DNA of 41,989 nucleotides from a virus. Lineage: Duplodnaviria > Heunggongvirae > Uroviricota > Caudoviricetes. The position numbers and the translations under genes were made by a program. Location of the stretch: the IMG/VR virus record IMGVR_UViG_2778261105_000011. One strand, written 5' to 3'. Below, piece after piece: positions 16,469-25,589 of the stretch (positions within the stretch are counted from its first letter, which is position 1; every line of letters begins with the position of its first letter). The notes under the pieces are model-generated. The model saw only the letters and a list, made by a program, of their open reading frames with translations. It made no database searches and had not been told where the DNA came from.

Positions 16469-16827
16469 ACGAATATCAGTTTGTGCTTCCATACCCGCCG
16501 TCGGTGAATACCTACTGGCGAAGACGGGGAAGCCAATACTACATCAGCGATAAAGGCCAGAAATACCGAAAAGACGTTCAGCAAATCATCCGCCAACTTA
16601 AGTTAGACATTTTCACCAAATCACGACTCCGCATCAAAGTCATCGCAGACGTTCCAGACTCCCGCCGCCGCGACCTCGATAACATCCTGAAAGGTTTACT
16701 CGACTCCCTTATCCACGCCGGATTTGCGGAAGACGACGAGCAATTCGATGACATTCGCGTAATTCGTGGTGTGAAAGTACCAGGCGGACGGCTTGGAATA
16801 AAAATCACCGAACTGGAGAACGTATGA
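16465..16827 (+). CDS. rusA: RusA Holliday junction resolvase
   Basis: 120 aa; ...LPYPPSVNTYWRRRG... and ...DSRRRDLDNILKGLLDSL... match the RusA family. Confidence 0.85.
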   Translation: MNEYQFVLPYPPSVNTYWRRRGSQYYISDKGQKYRKDVQQIIRQLKLDIFTKSRLRIKVIADVPDSRRRDLDNILKGLLDSLIHAGFAEDDEQFDDIRVIRGVKVPGGRLGIKITELENV

Positions 16828-17012
16828 ACGCCACAATTCAAACGATACCAGAGCTTCTTATCCAGACACGAGGCAATCAGACCGAAGTGGCGAGGATACT
16901 TTCCTGCGCAAGAGGAACAGTGCTCAAGTACAACCGAGACAGCAAAGGCGAGCGTCACGTAATAGTTAACGGCGTCCTGATGGTCAAACAGGGCAAGAGG
17001 GGAAGACGATGA
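16824..17012 (+). CDS. ninH: NinH
   Basis: ...TIPELLIQTRGNQTEVARILSCARGTVLKY... parallels lambda NinH ...TIPDMLVEAYGNQTEVARRLKCSRGTVRKY... Confidence 0.75.
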   Translation: MNATIQTIPELLIQTRGNQTEVARILSCARGTVLKYNRDSKGERHVIVNGVLMVKQGKRGRR

Positions 17013-17632
17013 GACTCGAAAGCGTAGCTAAATTTCATTCGCCAAAAAGCCCGATGATGAGCGACTCACCACGGGCCACGGCTTCTGACTCTCTTTCCGG
17101 TACTGATGTGATGGCTGCTATGGGGATGGCGCAATCACAAGCCGGATTCGGAATGGCTGCATTCTGCGGTAAGCATGAACTCAGCCAGAACGACAAACAA
17201 AAGGCTATCAACTATCTGATGCAATTTGCACACAAGGTATCGGGGAAATACCGTGGTGTGGCAAAGCTTGAAGGAAATACTAAGGCAAAGGTACTGCAAG
17301 TTCTCGCAACATTCGCTTATGCGGATTATTGCCGTAGTGCCGCAACGCCGGGTGCAAGATGCAGAGATTGTCACGGTACAGGCCGTGCGGTTGATATAGC
17401 AAAAACAGAGCAGTGGGGGAGAGTTGTTGAGAAAGAATGCGGAAGATGCAAAGGTGTCGGCTATTCAAGGATGCCAGCAAGCGCCGCATATCGCGCTGTA
17501 ACGATGCTAATCCCAAACCTTACTCAACCCACCTGGTCACGCACTGTTAAGCCGCTGTATGACGCTCTGGTGGTGCAATGCCACAAAGAAGAGTCAATCG
17601 CAGACAACATTTTGAATGCGGTCACACGTTAG
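17009..17632 (+). CDS. Q: Q late-gene antiterminator (lambda Q)
   Basis: 207 aa translation is essentially identical to remembered lambda Q. Confidence 0.95.
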   Translation: MRLESVAKFHSPKSPMMSDSPRATASDSLSGTDVMAAMGMAQSQAGFGMAAFCGKHELSQNDKQKAINYLMQFAHKVSGKYRGVAKLEGNTKAKVLQVLATFAYADYCRSAATPGARCRDCHGTGRAVDIAKTEQWGRVVEKECGRCKGVGYSRMPASAAYRAVTMLIPNLTQPTWSRTVKPLYDALVVQCHKEESIADNILNAVTR

Positions 17633-17672
17633 CAGCATGATTGCCACGGATGGCAACATATTAACGGCATGA

Positions 17673-17702
17673 TATTGACTTTTTGAATAAAGTTGGGTAA
17701 AT
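17673..17702 (+). promoter_or_regulatory. pR' late promoter with adjacent qut site (TTGACT ... TAAATT)
   Basis: Sequence TTGACTTTTTGAATAAAGTTGGGTAAATTTGAC is nearly identical to the lambda pR' region. Confidence 0.8.
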
Positions 17703-17845
17703 TTGACCAAACGATGGGTTAATTCGCTCGTTGTGGTAGTGAGATGAAAAGAGGCGGCGCTTACTACCGATTCCGCCTAGTTGGTCACTTCGACGCATCG
17801 TCTGGAACTCCAACCATCGCAGGCTGAGAGGTCTGTAAAATGCAA

Positions 17846-17902
17846 TCCCGAAACAGTTCGCAGGTAATAGTTAGAGCCTGCATAACGGTTTCGGGATTTT
17901 TT
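17846..17902 (+). terminator. tR' terminator (end of the 6S late leader RNA)
   Basis: Long hairpin TCCCGAAAC ... GTTTCGGGA followed by TTTTTT, as in lambda tR'. Confidence 0.8.
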
Positions 17903-18176
17903 ATATCTGTGTAACAGGTAAGAGCATTCTCCCTTATGGGGCTTGGCTTAAATGCACCGAGTGCTCTTATCGTTGTGGCAGCACAACGATAGTTTTCGTC
18001 AGAGTTGGCGACTTTGCGGTTTTTTAGAAACTGACCACAAAGATAAATGCAAACGATGATGTTGTTCTGATGGCGGCGTAATAGCCTGTAAGTCAGCAAG
18101 GTCTTCCGACTCCTTGTAAACAAATTCGGCGCACTGGCCCGGTGTGATTAATAATGGGCACACAACAGGTAAGAGC

Positions 18177-18230
18177 ATTGCGCGCCTGACGAGTCCATGA
18201 GGGACGAAACGCATTAGCGTCGCGCGGAGT
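18177..18230 (+). ncRNA. Candidate type I hammerhead ribozyme (self-cleaving RNA) in the late transcript leader
   Basis: Core CUGACGA (18186-18192), stem II GUCC/GGAC with 5 nt loop (18193-18205), GAA (18206-18208), stem III ACGC/GCGU with AUUA loop (18209-18220), C17 at 18221, and stem I 18181-18185 paired with 18222-18226 (CGCGC/GCGCG). Predicted cleavage after 18221. Confidence 0.7.
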
Positions 18231-18692
18231 ATCCCCAGCCGGGGAATAACTGGATACCAGGGGAGACAACCCTAAGCGCATTTACGAATGTGTTTAGGGC
18301 GTGGGTCGGCAATGACTCCCTGTGCAGCCGACATCTGGCCCGGCAACATACAGTGCTCTTTCCGTTGTGCTGAATTAAGCGAATACCGGAAGCAGAACCG
18401 GATCACCAAATGCGTACAGGCGTCATCGCCGCCCAGCAACAGCACAACCCAAACTGAGCCGTAGCCACTGACTATCCTGAATTCATCAGTGATAGTTATG
18501 CTGCGGCCTTCTACACATGACCTTCGTGAAAGCGGGTGGCAAGAGGTTGCACTAACAACCTCATGCCGTTTTGCCCGTGCATATCGGTCACGAACAAATC
18601 TGATTACTAAACACAGTAGCCTGGATTTGTTCTATCAGTAATCGACCTTATTCCTAATTAAATAGAGCAAATCCCCTTATTGGGGGTAAGAC

Positions 18693-19016
18693 ATGAAGAT
18701 GCCAGAAAAACATGACCTGTTAGCCGCCATTCTCGCGGCAAAGGAACAAGGCATCGGGGCAATCCTTGCGTTTGCAATGGCGTACCTTCGCGGCAGATAT
18801 AATGGCGGTGCGTTTACAAAAACAGTAATCGACGCAACGATGTGCGCCATTATCGCCTGGTTCATTCGTGACCTTCTCGACTTCGCCGGACTAAGTAGCA
18901 ATCTCGCTTATATAACGAGCGTGTTTATCGGCTACATCGGTACTGACTCGATTGGTTCGCTTATCAAACGCTTCGCTGCTAAAAAAGCCGGAGTAGAAGA
19001 TGGTGGAAATCAATAA
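18693..19016 (+). CDS. S: Holin S (lambda S105/S107)
   Basis: 107 aa translation essentially identical to lambda S including the dual start MKMPEK. Confidence 0.95.
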   Translation: MKMPEKHDLLAAILAAKEQGIGAILAFAMAYLRGRYNGGAFTKTVIDATMCAIIAWFIRDLLDFAGLSSNLAYITSVFIGYIGTDSIGSLIKRFAAKKAGVEDGGNQ

Positions 19017-19476
19017 TCAACGTAAGGCGTTCCTCGATATGCTGGCGTGGTCAGAGGGGACAGATAACGGACGTCAGAAAACCAGAAATCATGGTTATGA
19101 CGTCATTGTTGGCGGAGAGCTATTTACTGATTACTCCGATCACCCTCGCAAACTTGTCACGCTAAACCCCAAACTCAAATCAACAGCAGCCGGACGTTAC
19201 CAGCTTCTTTCCCGTTGGTGGGATGCCTATCGTAAGCAGCTTGGCCTGAAAGACTTCTCTCCCAAAAGCCAGGACGCTGTGGCATTGCAGCAGATTAAAG
19301 AGCGTGGCGCTTTACCGATGATTGATCGCGGTGATATCCGTCAGGCTATCGACCGTTGCAGCAATATCTGGGCTTCACTGCCGGGGGCTGGTTATGGTCA
19401 GTTCGAGCATAAGGCTGATAGCCTGATTGCAAAATTCAAAGAAGCTGGCGGAACGGTCAGAGAGATTGAGGTATGA
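19000..19476 (+). CDS. R: Endolysin R (lambda lytic transglycosylase)
   Basis: 158 aa translation near-identical to lambda R. Confidence 0.95.
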   Translation: MVEINNQRKAFLDMLAWSEGTDNGRQKTRNHGYDVIVGGELFTDYSDHPRKLVTLNPKLKSTAAGRYQLLSRWWDAYRKQLGLKDFSPKSQDAVALQQIKERGALPMIDRGDIRQAIDRCSNIWASLPGAGYGQFEHKADSLIAKFKEAGGTVREIEV

Positions 19477-19943
19477 GCAGAGTAACCGCGATTATCTCCG
19501 CTCTGGTTATCTGCATCATCGTCTGCCTGTCATGGGCGGTCAATCATTACCGTGATAACGCCATCGCCTACAAAGAGCAGCGAGATAAAAAAGTCAGTGA
19601 GCTGAAGCAGGCGACCGCCACCATTACTGACATGCAGCAACGCCAGCGTGCTGCTGATGTACTCGATGCTAAATACACGAAGGAGTTAGCTGATGCGAAA
19701 GCTGAAAATGATGCTCTTCGTCGCAAGCTTGATAATGGTGGCAGGGTGCTCGTCAAAGGAAAATGCCCTGTGCCATCCTCAGCCGAAACCTCCGGCGCCT
19801 CCGGCATGGGCAATGATGCCACCGTCGAACTCTCTCCAGTTGCTGGACGAAACGTTCTCGGTGTCCGGGACGGAATTATCCGCGACCAAACAGCACTGAG
19901 AACGCTTCAGGAATACATCAGGACGCAATGCCTTCGGCGATAG
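19473..19943 (+). CDS. Rz: Rz spanin (i-spanin)
   Basis: N-terminal transmembrane segment and coiled-coil; N-terminal half near-identical to lambda Rz, C-terminal half diverged. Confidence 0.9.
   Translation: MSRVTAIISALVICIIVCLSWAVNHYRDNAIAYKEQRDKKVSELKQATATITDMQQRQRAADVLDAKYTKELADAKAENDALRRKLDNGGRVLVKGKCPVPSSAETSGASGMGNDATVELSPVAGRNVLGVRDGIIRDQTALRTLQEYIRTQCLRR
19693..19899 (+). CDS. Rz1: Rz1 outer-membrane lipoprotein spanin (o-spanin), embedded in the +1 frame of Rz
   Basis: Signal sequence with lipobox ...VAGC..., proline-rich mature part; same embedded arrangement as lambda Rz1. Confidence 0.7.
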   Translation: MRKLKMMLFVASLIMVAGCSSKENALCHPQPKPPAPPAWAMMPPSNSLQLLDETFSVSGTELSATKQH

Positions 19944-20113
19944 CGATAATTTTACTCATCATCCTTCACATCTGGCTCTGTAGACAGGGTGGTGATCACT
20001 TCTGGAGTGAATCCAGATTAAACATCTCATTGCTGATGCTTGATATTGAGCATCTGGCGCGCGGTAAGGGGCTGCGTTGAGATAAGAGCCAGTCATTACA
20101 AATACCAGGATTT

Positions 20114-20138
20114 AGCCTCGCATTTGCGGGGCTTTTTT
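20114..20138 (+). terminator. Rho-independent terminator after the lysis cassette (AGCCUCGC-AUUU-GCGGGGCU then U6)
   Basis: Read directly. Confidence 0.6.
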
Positions 20139-20284
20139 ACATCTGCAGTAAACCGCGCATCGCAGCGCGTAACAATCCCGAGTCTTTCAGAAAGCTGAGC
20201 CTGAGAACTGCCGTATATGGTGGCGACCATCTCGGGGACGGCTTTTCTGTGCGAACAGGCTCATCTTTCTAAAAGGTAAACGCT

Positions 20285-20770
20285 ATGAATAACTTTGTTG
20301 AAATTACCTCAAGAATTGGTCGCATGTACCAAGATTTTCTTATAAGTGGAAAGGGGTCTGGCGACATCATAGAGGAAATTGACAAGCTAAGTGCAGAGCT
20401 GAGAAGGAATGGGTGTGTTAATTCTATCTTTTTTGAAACTTTGCTAAAGCAAGGCTTCATGTTTGACATGATTAATTACAACAAAGTCGCACCCAGTGCT
20501 TCGCAAAAATCATATGTGTACGTTCTGCATGCTGAAGATAGTGGGCTAACAAAAATAGGGTTTAGTCGCAGGGTTAATAAACGAATTTCAGAGATATCTC
20601 GCATGAGTGGTGGGAAGCTAAATCTAATTGCAAGGATTCCGGCCGATAGAGAGCTTGAAACCAAATTGCACCAAAAATATTACAACTATAGGTCGCACGG
20701 GGAGTGGTTTAGCCTCAATCGTTGTCATTTGAAAGAGCTAAAAGAAATGCCTGGTAACGAACTGAAATAA
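20285..20770 (+). CDS. T5orf172 / GIY-YIG-like (MUG113-type) domain protein with an N-terminal domain of unknown function
   Basis: C-terminal region YVYVLHAEDSGLTKIGFSRRVNKRISEI...RELETKLHQKYYNYRSHGEWF fits the T5orf172 pattern (YVYxL...KIGxT...R...E...H...EWF). Own upstream terminator and AAGG Shine-Dalgarno. Confidence 0.55.
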   Translation: MNNFVEITSRIGRMYQDFLISGKGSGDIIEEIDKLSAELRRNGCVNSIFFETLLKQGFMFDMINYNKVAPSASQKSYVYVLHAEDSGLTKIGFSRRVNKRISEISRMSGGKLNLIARIPADRELETKLHQKYYNYRSHGEWFSLNRCHLKELKEMPGNELK

Positions 20771-21017
20771 TCCCCGGGCTCACTAATTAACGGCAGTACA
20801 GCGAAACAACCCAAGCCAGAAAGTGGGGAAATAACACTGGCAGCCACTGAAAGATGAACCTCCAGCCTTATGGCAAAAAAGATTCTTTGTGGTGGCGGAC
20901 TGATGGAAAGACATCGGTTATTGCAGAGGCCATTCAATGAGTGGTCTCGACAATGGCTTATACCCTACACGGGATAACTTAACTGATATCCCTTTTAACG
21001 GATAAACGGAGCCAACA

Positions 21018-21260
21018 ATGGCAGAGATTATTCCCATGACTGAAGAACAGAAATTCCAGTTAGAGATTTACAAACTGGTCATGAACCAGAACGCAGCCGC
21101 AGAGGAAGCATTTCAGTTCATTGGCACTGACGAACTGAAGCTTGAGCTATTCAAAATTCACTTCCAGTCAGGCGGCGCTAATTCAGATATCACGACCCGC
21201 ACAATCGAAGCGGTGCGTAAATCGAAGGAAGCGTTAGACCTGTTCACTACCGGAGCATGA
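21018..21260 (+). CDS. Hypothetical protein (80 aa)
   Basis: ORF with GGAG Shine-Dalgarno upstream; no recognised domain. Confidence 0.4.
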   Translation: MAEIIPMTEEQKFQLEIYKLVMNQNAAAEEAFQFIGTDELKLELFKIHFQSGGANSDITTRTIEAVRKSKEALDLFTTGA

Positions 21261-21261
21261 T

Positions 21262-21441
21262 GTGAGCCGCGTAATCAATTTGGGTAAGGAGAAGAAATTC
21301 CCAATTACTCAAGAGCTATACGAGCGGCTGGAAAGCGTCATCCATGATTACGATGGTGAAATCAGTTTATGCGAGGCGATTGGTACACTCGAATTACTGA
21401 AGCAGTCACTGATTGAAGGCGCGAAAGAGTCCTCAGCCTGA
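21262..21441 (+). CDS. Possible small ORF (59 aa, GTG start)
   Basis: GTG preceded by GGAG; begins 2 nt after the upstream stop; not in the supplied track. Confidence 0.2.
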   Translation: MSRVINLGKEKKFPITQELYERLESVIHDYDGEISLCEAIGTLELLKQSLIEGAKESSA

Positions 21442-21458
21442 AATGACAATTAAGTGAG

Positions 21459-21887
21459 ATGAATATGGCGACTGAACCAAAAGCTGGTCGCCCCTCTGAT
21501 TATATGCCGGAGGTGGCTGACGATATCTGCTCGTTGCTTTCTTCTGGCGAAAGTTTGCTGAAAGTATGTAAGCGTCCTGGTATGCCGGATAAGTCCACTG
21601 TTTTCCGCTGGTTGGCAAAGCATGAGGATTTTCGCGACAAGTACGCGAAGGCAACTGAGGCACGAGCTGATTCTATTTTCGAAGAGATATTCGAAATTGC
21701 TGACAATGCGATTCCAGATGCTGCTGAGGTGGCAAAGGCAAGACTTCGCGTTGATACCCGCAAATGGGCGCTGGCCCGAATGAATCCCCGTAAGTATGGC
21801 GACAAGGTAACTAACGAGCTTGTCGGTAAGGACGGCGGCGCAATTCAGATTGAAACATCACCGATGAGCACTCTATTCGGAAAATGA
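21459..21887 (+). CDS. Terminase small subunit (Sf6 gp1 type)
   Basis: Translation MATEPKAGRPSDYMPEVADDICSLLSSGESLLKVCKRPGMPDKSTVFRWL... matches remembered Sf6 small terminase; ATGA overlap with the large terminase start. Confidence 0.85.
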   Translation: MNMATEPKAGRPSDYMPEVADDICSLLSSGESLLKVCKRPGMPDKSTVFRWLAKHEDFRDKYAKATEARADSIFEEIFEIADNAIPDAAEVAKARLRVDTRKWALARMNPRKYGDKVTNELVGKDGGAIQIETSPMSTLFGK

Positions 21888-23299
21888 CCTCGATTAATCC
21901 TATCTTTGAACCGTTCATTGAGGCGCATCGCTACAAAGTCGCCAAAGGCGGTCGAGGTAGCGGTAAGTCATGGGCAATTGCGAGGCTGCTTGTTGAAGCG
22001 GCGCGTCGGCAGCCAGTGCGTATTCTCTGCGCTCGTGAACTGCAAAACAGTATCAGCGATTCGGTAATCCGGTTGCTTGAAGACACTATCGAGCGTGAAG
22101 GGTATTCGGCTGAGTTTGAAATTCAGCGTTCCATGATTCGTCATCTCGGAACGAATGCTGAATTCATGTTCTACGGCATCAAAAACAACCCGACGAAGAT
22201 TAAATCGCTCGAAGGTATTGATATCTGCTGGGTGGAGGAAGCGGAAGCGGTAACGAAGGAATCATGGGATATTCTGATACCGACCATCCGTAAGCCGTTC
22301 TCTGAAATATGGGTAAGTTTCAACCCGAAAAACATCCTCGACGATACCTATCAGCGATTCGTCGTAAACCCTCCTGATGATATTTGTCTGCTGACGGTGA
22401 ACTACACCGACAACCCGCACTTTCCTGAAGTCCTCCGTCTGGAGATGGAAGAGTGCAAACGCAGAAATCCGACGCTGTATCGTCACATCTGGCTTGGCGA
22501 GCCAGTAAGCGCAAGTGATATGGCAATCATCAAACGTGAATGGCTTGAAGCCGCAACCGATGCGCACAAGAAACTCGGATGGAAAGCGAAAGGCGCTGTT
22601 ATTTCTGCGCATGACCCATCAGATACAGGGCCAGATGCTAAAGGTTACGCATCGCGTCACGGCTCGGTGGTTAAGCGCATTGCCGAAGGTCTACTGATGG
22701 ACATCAACGAGGGCGCTGACTGGGCTACTTCTCTGGCGATTGAAGACGGCGCTGACCACTACTTGTGGGATGGTGATGGTGTTGGTGCAGGTCTACGCAG
22801 ACAGACAACGGAAGCGTTCTCCGGTAAGAAAATCACCGCCACGATGTTCAAGGGCAGCGAATCGCCATTCGATGAGGATGCGCCTTATCAGGCCGGAGCA
22901 TGGGCTGATGAAGTCGTACAGGGCGACAACGTTCGCACTATTGGTGATGTGTTCCGCAATAAGCGAGCGCAATTCTATTACGCGCTGGCTGACAGGCTGT
23001 ATCTGACATATCGGGCGGTTGTCTACGGTGAGTATGCAGACCCCGACGACATGCTGAGTTTCGACAAAGAAGCGATAGGCGAGAATATTCTGGAGAAGCT
23101 GTTTGCAGAACTGACGCAGATCCAACGCAAATTCAACGGTAACGGGAAGCTTGAGCTGATGACCAAAGTCGAGATGAAGCAAAAGCTCGGTATTCCATCT
23201 CCTAACCTGGCTGATGCGCTGATGATGTGTATGCATTGCCCGGAGTCGGCTGCGCAACCCGACTATTCCAGTTACTCAATTCCTTGTGGTGTAGGTTGA
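21884..23299 (+). CDS. Terminase large subunit (Sf6/P22 type)
   Basis: 471 aa; Walker A-like GGRGSGKS near the N-terminus and nuclease-domain acidic residues in the C-terminal half. Confidence 0.9.
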   Translation: MTSINPIFEPFIEAHRYKVAKGGRGSGKSWAIARLLVEAARRQPVRILCARELQNSISDSVIRLLEDTIEREGYSAEFEIQRSMIRHLGTNAEFMFYGIKNNPTKIKSLEGIDICWVEEAEAVTKESWDILIPTIRKPFSEIWVSFNPKNILDDTYQRFVVNPPDDICLLTVNYTDNPHFPEVLRLEMEECKRRNPTLYRHIWLGEPVSASDMAIIKREWLEAATDAHKKLGWKAKGAVISAHDPSDTGPDAKGYASRHGSVVKRIAEGLLMDINEGADWATSLAIEDGADHYLWDGDGVGAGLRRQTTEAFSGKKITATMFKGSESPFDEDAPYQAGAWADEVVQGDNVRTIGDVFRNKRAQFYYALADRLYLTYRAVVYGEYADPDDMLSFDKEAIGENILEKLFAELTQIQRKFNGNGKLELMTKVEMKQKLGIPSPNLADALMMCMHCPESAAQPDYSSYSIPCGVG

Positions 23300-23300
23300 T

Positions 23301-25499
23301 ATGGCAGAAAAAAAGATGACTGACTGGCATCGCAAGGTGCTGTGCAACTTTGATAATGCCTGGTCAGCAACGCAGGATATGCGTGAGCAGATTATTGAGG
23401 CTCAACGTTTCGTCCGGGTATCCGGCGCACAGTGGGAAGGCAGCACAAACGCTGGTTACTCATTTGATGAAGGCAGGTTTGAGCATTACCCGCGCTTTGA
23501 ACTGAATAAGATTGCCCGTGAATGTGATCGCATCATTGGCGAGTATCGACAGAATCGCATCAGCGTTAAATTCAGGCCGAAGGACGATAAGGCATCGGAA
23601 GCGTTAGCCGAAAAGATGAACGGCAAATTCCGCGCTGACTATCAGGAAACATCCGGTGGCGAAGCGTGTGATAACGCATTTGATGATGCTGTAACGGGCG
23701 GATTCGGTTGTTTCCGCATGTGTGCCGATTACGAAGATGAAATGGACCCAAGTAACGAGCAGCGACGCATCAGCCTTCTTCCTGTTTACGACCCGGCCAC
23801 ATGCGTCTTCTTCGATCAGGACAGCAAACAATATGACCGCTCTGATGCTATGTGGGCTATGGAAATGTTCTCCATGACGCCCAAAGCGTTCGAGGCTGAA
23901 TACCCTGATTCCATCGCAGCAAGTCTTTCTCGTGATGACACTGGCACTCAATATGACTGGTCAACTCCTGATGCTATCTATGTTGGACGCTACTACGAAG
24001 TTCGCATAGAGAAGGTGAAGCTCACGGCGTGGCGCAACCCTGTTAGCGGAGAAACGGCAATCTATGATGAAGATCAAATCAAAGATATTGTTGACGAGCT
24101 AACCGACGGTGCATTCGAGCTGATCGGTGAGAGGACAGTGAAGAAACGCAGAGTTTATTGCGGTCTTCTGTCTGGCGCTGAATGGCTGGAAGAACCGAAG
24201 CGTATTCCGGGCGAACATATTCCTCTCATCCCGGTATATGGGCGTCGTTCATTTGTTGATAATCAGGAGCGAATCGAAGGCCACGCAGCAAAAGCGATGG
24301 ATGCACAGCGTCTTGAGAACCTGATGGTTTCCATGATTGCAGATAACGCTACTCAGGCTGGCGGTGATGGCATTCCTGTAGTTGATGTTGACATGATTCC
24401 TGGTCCTCTCGCCACTCATTGGGCGGAGCGCAACAAAAAGCGCCCGGCGTTCCTCCCGATGGTCAGTCTGAAAAACAAAAACGGAGATATTACTGCGCAG
24501 GCTCAGGTCAGCAGTTATACGCCTCCGACACAAATGCCTCCAGCTCTTGCCGGGCTATTGCAGTACACCGGAACGGCTATTCAGCAAATTACAGGTGCGT
24601 CGCAGCTTGAGAACATGCCGAGCAACGTCGCCACCGATACCGTTGATAGCATCTTTAACCGGATGGACACGCAGTCCTATATCTACATGGACAACATGGC
24701 TAAATCCATGCGTCGTGCTGGCGTCGTGTGGCTTTCTATGGCTCGTGAAGTCTATGGCAGCGATACGCCAATGCGCATCGTTAATGAGGATGGCAGCGAT
24801 GACGTGGCGCTGATGACTGGTGAAGTGGTTGACCGTCAGACAGGGCAGGTTATCGCGCTTAACGACCTTTCGCAGGGTAACTACGAAGTGACTGTCGATG
24901 TCGGTCAGTCGTTCGCTACTCGCCGTGATGCAACGGTTAAGTCGTTACTTTCCATGCTGGCACTTATCCCGCCAGGAACGCCGAAGCACGACCTTGTATC
25001 GTCGATGATTCTCGACAATATGGACGGCGAAGGGATGGACGACCTGAAAGAATACAACCGCAATCAGTTGCTTCTGTCTGGCGTTATCAAGCCGAGAACG
25101 CCTGAAGAACAGCAGATGGTTGAACAGGCGAAACAACAACAGGCCAGTCAGCCAGATCCGGCTATGGTTGCAGCGCAAGGTCAGCTTCTGGCTGGTCAGG
25201 CTGAATTGCAGAAAGCGCAGAACGAACAGGCAGCCATTCAGGTTAAAGCATTCCAGGCACAGACTGATGCTCAGGTTGCAGCGGCAAATGTTGTGAAAAT
25301 CCTCGCATCTGCCGATAGCCAGCAGAAATCTGATATCCGCGAGGCTCTGAAACTGCTCGGACAGTTCCAGCAACAGCAAGGAGACAATGCCCGTGCTGAT
25401 GCAGAGCTTGTCCTGAAAAGTCAGGCACAGGGCCATGCGCAGCGCATGGACATCAGCAGCATCCTGCAAAAATCAACTCAGCAACAACCACAGCAGTAA
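23301..25499 (+). CDS. Portal protein (P22 gp1 type)
   Basis: 732 aa, position after the large terminase gene, Q-rich C-terminal tail as in P22-like portals. Confidence 0.85.
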   Translation: MAEKKMTDWHRKVLCNFDNAWSATQDMREQIIEAQRFVRVSGAQWEGSTNAGYSFDEGRFEHYPRFELNKIARECDRIIGEYRQNRISVKFRPKDDKASEALAEKMNGKFRADYQETSGGEACDNAFDDAVTGGFGCFRMCADYEDEMDPSNEQRRISLLPVYDPATCVFFDQDSKQYDRSDAMWAMEMFSMTPKAFEAEYPDSIAASLSRDDTGTQYDWSTPDAIYVGRYYEVRIEKVKLTAWRNPVSGETAIYDEDQIKDIVDELTDGAFELIGERTVKKRRVYCGLLSGAEWLEEPKRIPGEHIPLIPVYGRRSFVDNQERIEGHAAKAMDAQRLENLMVSMIADNATQAGGDGIPVVDVDMIPGPLATHWAERNKKRPAFLPMVSLKNKNGDITAQAQVSSYTPPTQMPPALAGLLQYTGTAIQQITGASQLENMPSNVATDTVDSIFNRMDTQSYIYMDNMAKSMRRAGVVWLSMAREVYGSDTPMRIVNEDGSDDVALMTGEVVDRQTGQVIALNDLSQGNYEVTVDVGQSFATRRDATVKSLLSMLALIPPGTPKHDLVSSMILDNMDGEGMDDLKEYNRNQLLLSGVIKPRTPEEQQMVEQAKQQQASQPDPAMVAAQGQLLAGQAELQKAQNEQAAIQVKAFQAQTDAQVAAANVVKILASADSQQKSDIREALKLLGQFQQQQGDNARADAELVLKSQAQGHAQRMDISSILQKSTQQQPQQ

Positions 25500-25589
25500 T
25501 TAACCCATAACGTGCAATGGCTGTCTTTATGAGGCCTGGCACCCTATTGCCTTCCGATGGGCTGAACATCGAGTAAACAGGGGTAACAA

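Noticed and set aside
17785-18281. Three overlapping minus-strand ORFs in the Q-to-S intergenic region
   Set aside because: They lie antisense to the pR' late leader, overlap the tR' hairpin and the hammerhead motif, lack ribosome-binding sites and have no recognisable protein features.
22901-22935. CUGAUGA strings elsewhere (for example 22901 and 12781) that could seed further hammerhead motifs
   Set aside because: They lack the downstream GAA and a stem III ending in UH, and lie inside coding sequence; only the motif at 18177-18230 satisfies the full consensus.
22262-23257. Minus-strand ORFs inside the large terminase gene
   Set aside because: Antisense ORFs within a strongly supported terminase coding region.
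24945-25469. 174 aa minus-strand ORF inside the portal gene C-terminal region
   Set aside because: Antisense to the Q-rich portal tail; Cys/Leu-rich low-complexity translation typical of a shadow ORF.
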